Shown here: piece after piece, positions 39,670-51,507 of the stretch
How the letters are laid out: every line of letters begins with the position of its first letter
Numbering within the stretch: the first letter of the stretch is position 1
Source: Lama guanicoe
Lineage: Eukaryota
Direction: 5' to 3'
Assembly (NCBI GenBank): GCA_013239625.1
Contig: MU053881.1
Coordinates: 3,410,001-3,474,000 of the forward strand
Length of the DNA: 64,000 nucleotides
Translations under genes and position numbers: made by a program
The notes under the pieces: generated by a model
Database searches by the model: none
Seen by the model: only the letters and a program-made list of their open reading frames with translations
Told to the model about the DNA's origin: nothing

Positions 39670-40859
39670 CTAGATTTCAACTAGGGCATAAGTCAGGAGA
39701 TAAAGTTATCTTTTCCCTTTTCTTCAAGATTTTACTCCTCTCAGTTGCTGCCCCCAGTACAGTTGTCTGCAAACCAGATGCGTTTTCTGTCTTTATTAAT
39801 TTCAATTTGACTTGGTTAGCCTCAGTTCAGTCCCGTTCACTTCAATTCATAGGCAAAGATTAGCAAAACTTGAGTGCCTGATTGGATCAGTCCCTGGAGA
39901 TACAAAGGAATAAATGTTGTATGTTTACCAGCCACAGTGCAGTCTCTCAAATTCCTTTTCTTTGTCCGGAACACAAACGTAACTCCTTTGAGCTTTTAAA
40001 AGAAGACGGCATGCCTCATTATTGTGGAGTTTGCCTTCCTTGGCCACTTTTGTAAGGGGAAATGCGGTACAAAGTTGGAGCACTGGGTTTGGAGGCAAAC
40101 AGGCCCAAGTTCAAATGCAGAGACAGAGTCTGAATGGTGCTTCGGGCAGTGTTATGTACATGGGAAGTGCCCAGCGCATCACAGACAAACCACCACATTC
40201 CTCCCATGGTCTAAAGTTTCCTGATCGGTTCGAGCCGGTGTCCTTGATGTTTTCTGGCTTGGGGAGGAGATGCATGGTTACAGCAGGAAACGCTTGGGTG
40301 AGGCAACAGTGGGCAGCTGGAGACCCTGTGGTGCAAACTCACATCTGGAGACGTGCACGTGAAAGGTCACTAGGAGTCGTCTGCCCCCAGAAGACCTGCT
40401 AGACCTCCCGAGGGGAGAAATGCAAAGGACTTTAAGCCTTGAGCTCTGATCTATTCAGTTTCCTATTGGAGGTAAGGTTACGAAAGAAAGAGTGGTAACC
40501 GAGGACAACCTTGAACTCTGACAAACATACTACAAGTAAGATGAGACCCATCATGAGCTGAGCAGAATCAGAGCATCCGGGGTCCATGACCACCAGTTCT
40601 TGTGTTTGTGAAGGGAAAGCACATTGTGCCAGTGCTGGGAGTGGCCAGGACTTCGTGAGTGAGAACAAAGTTCCTGTGGCCAAGGTGCCTGACCTCAGAG
40701 CTCAGCTTCTCTGCTCACNNNNNNNNNNNNNNNNNNNNNNNNNNNNNNNNNNNNNNNNNNNNNNNNNNNNNNNNNNNNNNNNNNNNNNNNNNNNNNNNNN
40801 NNNNNNNNNNNNNNNNNNNNNNNNNNNNNNNNNNNNNNNNNNNNNNNACCAATATTAAA

Positions 40860-41990
40860 AACACCAGCTATTCCTTGAGACCTCCCAATGGGTCAGTTAC
40901 TGGGCTAAGTGCTTTTACAAGTGTGATTTCATTCTGTCATTTTCACTGTGTGATGAGGCAGATCCTATTATTGTCCCATTTTACAGATGAGGATACAGAG
41001 GCTCAGAAAGGTTAAGGCCAAGGTCACACAGCTGGTACTTGCAACAGCCGAAGTTCAGACCCAAGTTTGTGGGTCTTCAGAGGATATTTTGGGCACTTGA
41101 GCCTTGAATGTTTAATATATTATTTGACATTTGTGGCAACCCTGAGGGCTAGACAGACTCAATATTATTAGCTCCATTCGTGCCACTCAGAGCTCAAAGC
41201 ATTGGGATACCTGGGGTGCTGTATTAGCTCAGACATTTGTTAACTGGTCAATGTAGGGAAATTCACTTCCCCTTTCTGGGCCTCAGTTTCCCCTCTCCCA
41301 GTAGAGCTGGTTGGACCTGGTGGTCTCTGAAACTTCTTCCAGCTTCAGTTTTCCTGGATCCAGGACCTTGTCCAGAGACTCGGGGCTGAATGGAAGTAGG
41401 GATGGGCCTAGAAACAGTCTCTTGTTCCCCAGTCCTGAGCGCTCCCTCCTCCTTTTCCCACCGTCATGAGCTTCTGCATAGGCAATTTCCCCTTTGGTCT
41501 TTTACTTCCAGTTTTCTCACTGCCTATGAATTTAAAATAAAAACTGGATGCTGGACTCTGGGTAGGAAAATAAAAGAACACCATCCTAGATCACTGAGGT
41601 AGAAAAATTGATATTTAAGGAGATAAAACTTTTGAGTTAGGAAACGCCTGGGATCTAATATTAAACCAATTACTCAGATATAAGTGGCTTTGGAAATTCA
41701 TATTCTGAGCATTGTTATTGTACAAATGACTCAACTGATTCCAGGCAGGTTTTTTGGTTTTTTTTTTTTTTTTTGCCTGCATTAAAATGCTTAACACATT
41801 TCCATCATCCTGGAAGAAATATACATATTCAAAATCTCTCAGCAACCTGATGTTGTAGGAACAATTATTTGCCATTTTACAGATAAGTAAACTGAGGCGC
41901 AGAGACTCTACCAGGGACACACAGCTGATAAGAGGGAGGATTGGGTCCTGAATCCTGGCAATTGACCACCGAGCTTCAGCTGTTGACCAC
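40860..41990. mobile_element. MIR/MIR3 cluster
   Basis: cccattttacagatgaggatacagaggctcagaaaggttaag; ctgggcctcagtttccc; ccattttacagataagtaaactgaggc. Confidence 0.8.
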
Positions 41991-42429
41991 CGCTCTCTGC
42001 TGACTGAGCAGTCTGATTTCTCTGTCGTCTCCCTCTCAGGGGCAATGGGACTTTTACTGTGTAAATGATGGACTGTGTTTCACATTTGTGTCACTGTGAA
42101 TACCCAGCATACTCAGATCTCCTATGGGGTCAACCCGAAAGGATTAACTGCTCCTATATACATGTCCCTGGTGAACTCAGAACTCACACCGTGGAAGAAG
42201 GAAAGGGCCTTGCCCTCTGGCATTCCTTGCTCCCAGCCAGTGTGGAACCAGATAGGATGCATTTCAAAATCCACTCCTTTCTCAGGCCAGAGGAACTCAT
42301 GGTGAGGGGACTGAGCTTCTGACGGCCAGTCAGATTCTCGCAGCGTGATGGAACCAGGAGCCGGATGAGATCTGCTTTTCCCCACACTCTGCCCTGGAGT
42401 GGCGACCCTCTGCCCCACAGGGAAGACCT

Positions 42430-42554
42430 GGGGCCAGGAACGTCCAGCTACGTGTTGGAGGAGAAAAAGGTCCTGTGCTAGACGTGCCATCTTTGGGCAG
42501 GGCCGGCCCACTGTGGACCAAGAGGAGTCAAGGCAGAGAGGCATGTCAGTGGGA
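42430..42554 (+). repeat. Dispersed direct repeat, copy 2 (125 bp)
   Basis: Aligns to 38288-38416. Confidence 0.95.
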
Positions 42555-42719
42555 CCAGGGCGGGCTTGTGCAGAAGCAGCGGGGGACATTTGTTTTTGGC
42601 TCATGTACATTTCCTTCAAAGATGGATGCTGTCGTGATGCCATGGTCAGCCTCTGCGTCCTTGCCTTGAAGTGCTTCTCACACCCATGGTGGACAGGAGC
42701 TTTCCTTAATCAGTGCTTG

Positions 42720-43610
42720 AAGCCTCCCTGTGGTCTTCCCCCGACACGCTCTGCCTGGGTGGTGGCACCTTCTCCAAGGCTTCCGTCACCATCTCTCTGA
42801 TGATGCTGCCAACCAGCTGCCAGTTCAACCCAGCTCTCTCCTCTGTGGTCTGGACATAGGCCCTCGAGGGCCCCAGGTCGCTCAGACTCCATTATCTCCC
42901 TCCTCCTGGGCTCCCCAGCTCCGTGAGTGACCCCAGTTTCCATCTGGTCAGCAGAACCAGGAACTCGAGTCTAGCTTTTGTTCTTCTCTTCAGTCTTCTA
43001 CGTCCAGTCACTCAAGAAGGACTGTCCAATCTGTTCCATTCATATTTCCCCAGTAACTTTCCAAATCTCCACCTCCACCACCAAGGCCTAGCTCTGGTCT
43101 TCCTGTCACCAAACTCCACTGATGGCAACCTACGGGATCCTTCTAAATGCTAAACACATCACATCCACCTTCTGCCGGAAACTTCAGTGGCTTCCCCTGT
43201 CCCTGGAGCCTCCGCATGTGGGTCTGTGTAACTTGGGTCCAGCCTCTCTCTTTATCCAGCTGGGTCGGTCCATCCCCCCAGCCCTGACCTGCCTGCCCTC
43301 TCTCTTCTACAACCTGTGTTCTACAAACACACATGCACACATGGGATTCTGGCCACCGTGGACTCTTTGTTTTCACAAACTTCCCACAAACTACCAAGAT
43401 TTCCTGACTTTGCACGTGCTGTACCCTTTGCCTGGAACTCTTTACTCTTACTTCCTGGCGGCAACTCAAGGTGCCTTTGAACCTCTTTGCTTTCTATAGA
43501 GATGAGCATTTCTATCTTCTGTGCTCCTTCAGACCTCCATCAGCCTGTAAGTCATTCTGTCGTCCACCTGTTTCCTAACCTGCTTGCCCGACTAGATGTG
43601 ATTCCCAATT
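42720..43610 (+). mobile_element. Degraded L2
   Basis: atgctgccaacc..aacccagctctctc; aaacttcagtggcttccc; tttgcacgtgctgtaccctttgcctggaac. Confidence 0.6.
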
Positions 43611-44179
43611 AATTCACGAGGCTCTGCCTTAGTAATCTGAAGAATCAGAGCCTGACTCAGCACTGGGACCCGGCCCAGGGAGGCCTTGGGATGAAGCTTT
43701 GTGGAAAAAGCCAGTCCCTAGGAGGACAGCCCATGTGGCAGCTCTTTCTAAGGTCCCATCTTCCTACCAGGTGTTTTCTGATTCTCTGCAACTGTGTGTG
43801 TGGGGGGGGCAGGTGGGGGACAGTAGAGGGAACATGCATGTCATGAGAATTGTGTGGCAATTTTATCTGTAGCACGGAGCTAAATGTGGTATCTATATAA
43901 AACAAGATGAAAAACAGACAAGCTGAAAGGGTGAGACTAAATGTTGGAAGCTACAGGGTTCTTTTAAATGCACGTGCCAAAATAAAGCGTGAAGTCCTCA
44001 TGCTACGTGTTTAAGGCAAACACATTCTAATTTGTAGCAAAGCAACTATTGATATATGATAACTAGGGGGAAATAAATTAATCTCCGATTTTTTCCCCCT
44101 GGCTTCTACAATCAGTTGGGAAAATATCTTCAAATTCCAGGACTTATACTAGCATCTTCAAAACAAGATACCTTAGAAT

Positions 44180-44650
44180 CAGGTGCTGGAAACTGGGTAC
44201 TTTTCATATACTGCTGATGGGTGTGTAACTTGGAGTTATTTTTCTAGAAAGCAATTCAGTGATTTGTAGCAAAGTGTTACCTTGTAAACATCTTTCATCC
44301 AGAAATTCTTCTCTACTCTAAGATTATAGCCTAAGGAAGTAATGAGACAAGAAATGAAAGGACAATATAAGTGTTTTCAAAGCAATTTTTTTAATCATAG
44401 AGCAAACATTGAATCTATTAATAAGAAGGGTCTAAATAAATTGTGTTACATCAACTCAGTGGACAAATATGTGTCCATCAAAATGTTATGTAAGGTAAAC
44501 TATGGGAATGGTCACACTGTAATCCGTGAGAAAAGTGGATTACACAGTAACGTGTAGTTTGATCCCATTTCTACGAGAATAGAATCAGTACGTTTGCGTA
44601 GCTATAGACACACATCTGGAAGGATGTACACCAAAATGGTAATGATCATG
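44180..44650 (+). mobile_element. Old L1 (L1ME-type) 3' region
   Basis: catatactgctgatgggtgtgtaa..ttctagaaagcaatt..aaataaattgtg..gatcccattt..tctggaaggatgtacaccaaaatg. Confidence 0.75.
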
Positions 44651-45394
44651 ATGATGATGACACGAAAAATAACAAAAATATCTGTCACTGCCATGGACTG
44701 TCTGCTGGATTAACACTTTTCCCCATTCTCTTCCAACAATCCAAAATGTGGACTAGTCATCCTCACACACAGATGAGACTGAGGTTCCAAAAAGTGAAGG
44801 ACGTTGTCCTAGGTCCCACAGCCCACAAACAGGTGGAGTATAATTGGCAGAGTATCTCTGGGGTCCAGTCTTCCAGCATCACACCCACCAGCTGCCTTTG
44901 AGATATAGAATTTTGAGTGATTGTTAATAATATCTTTCTAGAGTGTCTGCTTTTTTACAAAGGAGCTTCACTTTAACAATTAGGAAAAAAAATATTTTCT
45001 CTTTGAAAACTGTAAAAATAAAGGACATTTTATCTCACACAAAAAAGATAGAGTGGACATGGAGGCAGAGAGGATGATTTTCAAGCCACCTGCAGTGAGT
45101 GAGAGATTAAGCCCTGTGGATTACTAGGGGAAAAGGATTCTAGGCAGACAGAATTGGCAGTGCAAAGGCCCTGAGGTAGGAATGTGTCCATCACTGGGGA
45201 GAATGGCAAGGAAGCCAGTGACATTGGAGCCAAGTAGGATGAGATGGGGCCAGAAAGGGGTTGAGGCCCCACCAGTTAGGAGGCTGGTGCAGTTGTTCAC
45301 CTGCCCTGGGCCAAAGTGGGGGTCGTAGAGATGGAGGGCAGTGAAGAGATTCAGCATACATTGTGATCTTGCTGGATTACAAATGGGAGAGGGA

Positions 45395-46040
45395 CTCCTG
45401 GGCATGTGTCTGGAGAAAACTCTAATTTGAAAAGGTNNNNNNNNNNNNNNNNNNNNNNNNNNNNNNNNNNNNNNNNNNNNNNNNNNNNNNNNNNNNNNNN
45501 NNNNNNNNNNNNNNNNNNNNNNNNNNNNNNNNNNNNNNNNNNNNNNNNNNNNNNNNNNNNNNNNNNNNNNNNNNNNNNNNNNNNNNNNNNNNNNNNNNNN
45601 NNNNNNNNNNNNNNNNNNNNNNNNNNNNNNNNNNNNNNNNNNNNNNNNNNNNNNNNNNNNNNNNNNNNNNNNNNNNNNNNNNNNNNNNNNNNNNNNNNNN
45701 NNNNATTTACAAAATAGAATCAGACTCACAGGCGTAGAAAACAAGCTTATCGTTACCAGGGGGAAAAGGGGTGGGAAGGGATAAATTGGGAGTTCAGGAT
45801 TTACAGATCTCTGACTACTGTACATAAAATAGATAAACAACAAGGTCCTGCTGTAGAGCACAGGGAACTATATTCAATATCTTGTAAGAGCCTACAGTGG
45901 AAAATGATATGAAAAGAAATATATGAATATGTATTTATAACTGCATCACTATGCTGTACACCAGAAATAAATGCAACATTGTAAATCGACTATACTTCAA
46001 TAAAACAAAACAAAACAAAACAAACAAACAACAGAAAAAT
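45395..46040 (+). mobile_element. Young L1 3' portion (N-gap 45437-45704) with (CAAAA)n tail
   Basis: actcctgggcatgtgtctggagaaaactctaatt..cagggaactatattcaatatcttgta..gactatacttcaataaaac. Confidence 0.9.
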
Positions 46041-46929
46041 AGAAGCGGGAGAGAACAAGGTGGGCCATCAAGGGCAACATTGTAGTTTGGGTTTAACACT
46101 AGTCATGCCATGCTGGCTTTAAGCCAGGGTGGCTCTAGTGTTGAAACGATGCTACCAGGATTCTGTTCTCTTCATCTTTTGGGTTTGGTGGTGCTGTTTG
46201 GACAGCACGACAGATGGAGGTCTGGCTCTAGGCCGCCACATGTGTTTACAATGCGTATTTCCCTCAACTTTCACAGCAGCCCCATGGAATGTGTATTACT
46301 CTTGTACCATTTTACAAAAGGGGGAAGGAAGCAAACTCAGAATAAAGAATTTACCCAAATAGCAGAGGTGACAGATGAGACAGCCTGGAACAGGTTTTGT
46401 TGGGTTCTGCGGCCCACTTACATCCCACCACTGCTACCCAGGGTACCTCCGGGCTCTTCCTCTACTCAGCCATCACCTGGAAAGACCATGGCGTCTTGAG
46501 TTGGTGGAAGTTGGAGTGGGGAGGGCTCAGACTAGCTATTGGCCCACCAAGGGTGGGGTTCTGGTTTCTGGCATTCCTCTCTGTGCAAACTTGGATAAGT
46601 GACTGCACCTCTGTCTCTGTTTCCCTATCTGTTGGTGGGATGCTGATGACCCCTCATGCTTTGCCTGTGGACTAGATGATTACATAGGACTGTGGCTGCC
46701 AGTGAACTCTGTGGCCTGCGGAGTACCACTCTGATGCTGGCGGGTGTTAGCATTCTGAGACCCAGCAAATGCTCTTTCTGCTAGTGCTCCACTTCACATA
46801 TTAGCGAAACAATGCAGTGCTAATTTTCATCGGAGGGAGAGACCACTGTGGCTCTTAAAACTGGAAATGCACAATTAGAACTGAGCTCAGGAAACAAATT
46901 CAGCCTCTTAATCAGAACATGGAGAGACA

Positions 46930-47170
46930 GTTAAGTTCTTAGTCTCTGATGCCAGGCCTCCTGGATTCAAATTTTGACTCCGATGTTTCCCAATGTGTTT
47001 GTTAGTCAGCTAACCTCTTTGTGCCTCAGTTTGCTCATCTGTAAAATGGGTATAGTAATAATGGCTACCCTGGAGGATTGTCTTGGGGATTAAGTGAGAA
47101 AATGCATTTGGAGTGCTTGGTACAGTGCTGGGCACATGGCCGGTGCTCAATAAATGTGAACTGTTAAAGT
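46930..47170 (+). mobile_element. Near full-length MIR
   Basis: ctggattcaaat..aacctctttgtgcctcagtttgctcatctgtaaaatgggtatagtaata..gtgctgggcacat..gctcaataaatg. Confidence 0.9.
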
Positions 47171-47339
47171 AACATGACTGCTGAAATATGGTCCAGCTTA
47201 GCCACAGAGATAGTAATTGTATCAATCTGATAGAGTTGCCATAGGAATTAACAGCAGTCTTATGGCTGGGTTTTGATGGGTGGAGCTTTTGCTATATGCT
47301 TGTGCCCTAGCTGCAAGGGAGGCTGGGAAAGCTAGTTGG

Positions 47340-47825
47340 AGAAATGAAAGAATACGTCCACAGAAAGACATGTATGCAAGGGTTAACAGCAGCATTTAGT
47401 CCAAACTGGAATTTAATCCAAATGTTCATCAGCTGATGACGGGTAAGTAAAGTGTGGTATGTTCCTAAATGGAATACTCCTCAGCAATAAAAAGGCACAT
47501 GGATAAACCTCAAAAACGTTACGCCAAATGAAAGAACCAGACAAAAAAGATGACGGACTGTATGATTTCATTTATATGAAATGTCTAGAAGAGGGCAACT
47601 TAGAGCTAGAAAGCAGCTCAGGGGTTTCCCAGGGCTGGGGCAAGAGGGGCACTTGACCACAGATGCGCACGAGTGATCTTTCTGGAATGATGAAAATGTT
47701 CTAAAAACCGGATTGTGGTGAGGGCAGCACACTGCTGCAAATTTTTAAAAAAGATCTCTGAGTTGTAACTAAAAATGTGTGAGTTTTATGGTGTGTAAAC
47801 TACATCTCAATGAAGCTGTTTAAAA
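47340..47825 (+). mobile_element. L1MB-type 3' end
   Basis: gaaatgaaagaatacgtccacagaaagac..aaatggaatactcctcagcaataaaaagg..tgtatgatttcatttatatgaaatgtctagaa..catctcaatgaagctgtt. Confidence 0.9.
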
Positions 47826-48950
47826 GTCAGGTGGGTTAGGGGTTCAAGATTAAGATGGCAAGGAAGTGTTCTAACTTAGAAGAGATTTCAAAGTACCAGA
47901 AGGGCACTAAGATAGACAAATGCCCCGTGACATTAGTCTCTTCACAACCATCAGTAAGTGAGGAAACTGAGGCTCAGAAAAGCTGAGCTTTAAAAAAAAT
48001 AATAATCCTTTGAAAGAAGCCATCCAAGCAGCATTGCCAAGAAGCTTAGCACATAACATGTCTTCTTAATGTTTTCTTTTCTTAGTCCAAGCTCCCTTTA
48101 CCTCTCCATGCTTCAGGGTCCTCATCTGACAATGGGAGTAACTGTCACAAGGATTAAGAGAAATAACTAGGTCAAAACAGAGGATTGACACAGAGCAAGG
48201 GCTCAAAATATGTAGGATCTTAATCTAAACTCCCTCTTTAAGGGTCCTCCCTAAACATTTCTCTTCACAAGTTACAGTTGCTTCTAAAATTCATCACTTT
48301 TTTAAAAAAAGCATGAATATTTACCTTTAAAATGCATACAATATAGATTCCAATGTCAAATCCTCAGGGTGAAGGGAAGTTTCATTGCACACAAATGAAA
48401 ACAAATCAAGTGGCTGGGTGCTGTGAGCGCTTTGTCAGAAATCGGAACCAGTATTTGCCACCTGGATAAAACATGATGCTGAATTATATTCAGTAATTAC
48501 AATCAAATGAATTCTAATCAAAAAGGAGATAACAAATGGAAAATATCTGCTATTGTCTATTATTTATGTTACTTGAGTGGCTAATTTTTAGCAGATATTG
48601 TAATGTATTAACTTGGTCTTGATTTCATGATTTTTAACCGAGTTGAACAATTACGGAGCTTCAACAGCTGGACAGAAAGCTGTATGCACATTGAGTTGTG
48701 GTTGCATTCCTTATTACCTCTTCCCTGGAGCTTAGATCCCACCTCCTCCCTGGGTATCCTCTTCACAGTCGCGTTCATTAAAGTCTTAGAACTAGCATAC
48801 TAACAGGCACATACCTAATTAGGTCATTCCTTTCAGAAGCTTCGGCAGTTTTCAAGATGAAGTCTAAATCAGTTGCTGGTACTCAAGGCCCTTATTTTTG
48901 GGTGATTTCTGCTGTTCTATTAGAATAGCATCTAAATTCCTGATTCATAA

Positions 48951-49394
48951 CATATTAGTTGGATCTGTTAATCAGTGTTGGCTGTGTAACAAGCATCCCT
49001 CAAACCTCAGTGACTCATGACAACATATGTTATCTTGTGCCCCTAGATCTATGAGCTGGTTGTGGTTCTGGTGACCTCAGTAGACTTGGTTCCCAGTAAT
49101 GAGTTGGGTTCAGGTTTTTTTCATGTGTCTCCACCACCAGGGACCCAGGCTGGGGGAGCAAGGTCTCCTTAGGGCATCATGGCAGAGCACAAGAGTCCAA
49201 GTGAAACTTGCAAGCATATTTGAAACCTCACCTGGAATATCGTGCATCATACTCATTCTCCCTCTATCAGCTCAGAATCAGTAGGTCAGTCTGCCTACCA
49301 AGAGGTCTGCAAAGTCACGTGACAAAGACATGCGTCCATAGCCACGCTACAGGGAAGAGTAGGGGAGTTGGGCTCGATATTCCAACCTACTACA
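48951..49394 (-). mobile_element. MLT1 LTR, antisense
   Basis: tattagtt..ggctgtgtaacaagcatcccctcaaacctcagtgact..ctgcaaagtcacgtgacaaag..ctactaca. Confidence 0.7.
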
Positions 49395-49699
49395 CCAAAG
49401 AAGCTTAGCTTAGTGACTTTACCTCCTTGAGCCTCAGTTTTCTCATTTTTAAAATGGGACTGCTGACAGCATGCAGAGTGAATATAGAGATTAAATATGG
49501 TCATGAAGAGGAAAGGATCATTTAAATGATAACTTGTCTCTGTTCTTATGATGGATCCTAGGGCTCATGTCTTTTTCAACCCCAGCACAATGTCTTCCAA
49601 GCCGTGCATAAACCATAAAGGAGTGAGTGAATGGATATTTCCCTAAGTGCTTCAACAACCATTGTTTTGCCTCCTCGTAATTTATCCTTCTCTCCCTAG

Positions 49700-50219
49700 T
49701 AGCAATATTTGATACTCCTTTGAGAAACAGGAAAGCACCTCTTTCTCACTGTCACTTCAGGGGACAGTACAGAGTCTTTATCTATAACTACAGCTCTGAA
49801 AATGGATTTCCAACCCAGGTCTGGGCTATGAGAGCCCTAGATGCCTTAGTAATTGGGTCTAGAAAGAGTACACATCACAAACCTGGCCAATTAAAACCAA
49901 TCCAGGACTGTTTCTGGAACTATTTAGAAAGAGGCACTTTTTTTTTCTTTAACTTGACAACGTCAAGTTGTAGGCAAACTTGGAGATGCCAGGCAGTTGT
50001 CTTGCTGCCCTATGGGGATAGAATAAACTCAACACAGAGGAAGGCAGAATGAAGCAATGCAGAGAGCCAATTTTCTGAGGACATTAACTGAGCATCTGGA
50101 ACCAGCCATCCCCTCAAATAACCTCATTTCTGGCCTTTCTGTTACATGAGTTAATTCATTCCTTTTTTGTTGAAGGCACTTCAAGTTGGCTTTCTGTCCA
50201 AAGAAAGCTGACTCATACA
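49700..50219 (+). mobile_element. MLT1 LTR fragment
   Basis: tgagcatctggaaccagccat..gttacatgagttaattcattcc..aagttggctttctg..ctgactcataca. Confidence 0.6.
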
Positions 50220-51348
50220 GAAATAGGTTTGCTACAGAGCAAATACAAAATATACCTCAAGGCCTCCCACTGGGCTCTCGGGTAGGGCTAAACCAGGCTG
50301 AAGAGAGCTTTTGCCCTTTGTGCTAGTCCTGAGATGTTGCTATGTGGACCCACCCTTTATGCCTGGAAGGGAGCGCCCCACCCCCATCTGTCGCTTGGCA
50401 TCATTGTTTGACATAGAAAGGGGGATAAGAAATGGAAATAGGGATGTTTGGATCCCACACCCTGGTTCATCCTCAGGAGCTGGCTTCCCAGTGGACAGCC
50501 CCAGGGACCCAGACAGAGCCTCCTCTCCTGATATGATGACCCCACCTGTTTTAGCGAGTGATGACGGCTGTCTTCCTCTCTCCAACTCTGTCAAGTGCTC
50601 CTGCCACCTGACCCAGAGACCTTCTGCCCAGGCTGCAGTCTTTCTTAAAATTCTCAATTGGCCCAGCCTCGTATCTATTGCTCCTGGCTAAGCCTCTTAG
50701 CATTGGGATTACACAGAGCAGCCCTGAGACACCATGGGCTCTGGAAACAGACAGAGCCTTGGGCTGAATCCCCATCCCCCATCATTTACTAACTGCATGA
50801 CACAGAGCCGATCACTTAATCTCTGAATCTCAAGTTTTCTTTGTATATAGCAGATATAATTACATCTTTCTCCAAGGTTGCTGAGAGATTTTAATGAGAT
50901 GATATGTAAAAGTGCTTTGCATAGTGTGTAGCTGGCATTCCACAGATGGTAGGTCTGATCCTTTTAATTCCTTTTGTTCTTTCTTGCATTTTGTGCAATT
51001 GATTGTGTTTGATGTCTGCGCAACTCAAATGGACGGCAGGTAGACAAAGGCCAGCACGTGTACGATGCTTCCTTGCATCCCTTATTGTTCTAGTAAGATC
51101 TCAGCATGTAATGGTTCCTTAATAACATGACTTGAGGGAGAACAGATGAAGAAAAGGATGGGCAAGTGTGTAGATGACCTGAAGGAAAGAAGGTGGAGAA
51201 ATGAAGCAATCAGCCATTTATTCAGCTGTCCCTGACTGAGCTCTTTCTCGGGACCAAACATTTAGAGCAAAGTTACAGTATTTGAGGTGCTTGGTCAAAT
51301 GGGGAAGACCAGGAAGAAAATAAGCAAGTAAAAATACAGCATTTCTCT

Positions 51349-51507
51349 GAGGGAAGGGTACAACTCAGGGGAAGAGCACATACTTAGCACGCACGAGGTC
51401 TTGGGTTTGATCCCCAGTACCGCCATTAAAATAACAACAACAACTATAATAGTAATAAATTCATGGATAAATAAATAAACCTAATTGCCTCCCTCCCCTC
51501 AGAAAAG
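51349..51507 (+). mobile_element. tRNA-Ala(AGC)-derived SINE (camelid Vic-type) with 17-bp TSD
   Basis: Head gagggaagggtacaactcaggggaagagcacatacttagcacgcacgaggtcttgggtttgatccccagtacc resembles tRNA-Ala-AGC (A/B boxes, cttagca loop); tail aataaacctaattgcctccc; TSD aaatacagcatttctct (51332-51348) / aaatatagcctttctct (51508-51524). Confidence 0.85.

Noticed and set aside
38218-42800. Two ORFs sharing the peptide CARRAIFGxGRPTVDQEES
   Set aside because: The similarity simply reflects the DNA duplication. The 4-bp indel breaks the frame, substitutions are not biased to silent sites, and no matching splice sites flank both copies.
45124-45861. 245-aa ORF and other X-containing ORFs
   Set aside because: They read through N-gaps within L1 sequence and are artefacts.
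46186-46210. REST-like half sites (tggtgctg / ggacagcac) in inverted arrangement
   Set aside because: Orientation and spacing do not match RE1, and a 7-bp inverted repeat is expected by chance.
51349-51425. Possible tRNA-Ala gene
   Set aside because: The stems and A/B boxes are degenerate, and it has a SINE tail and TSD, so it is a SINE and not a functional tRNA.
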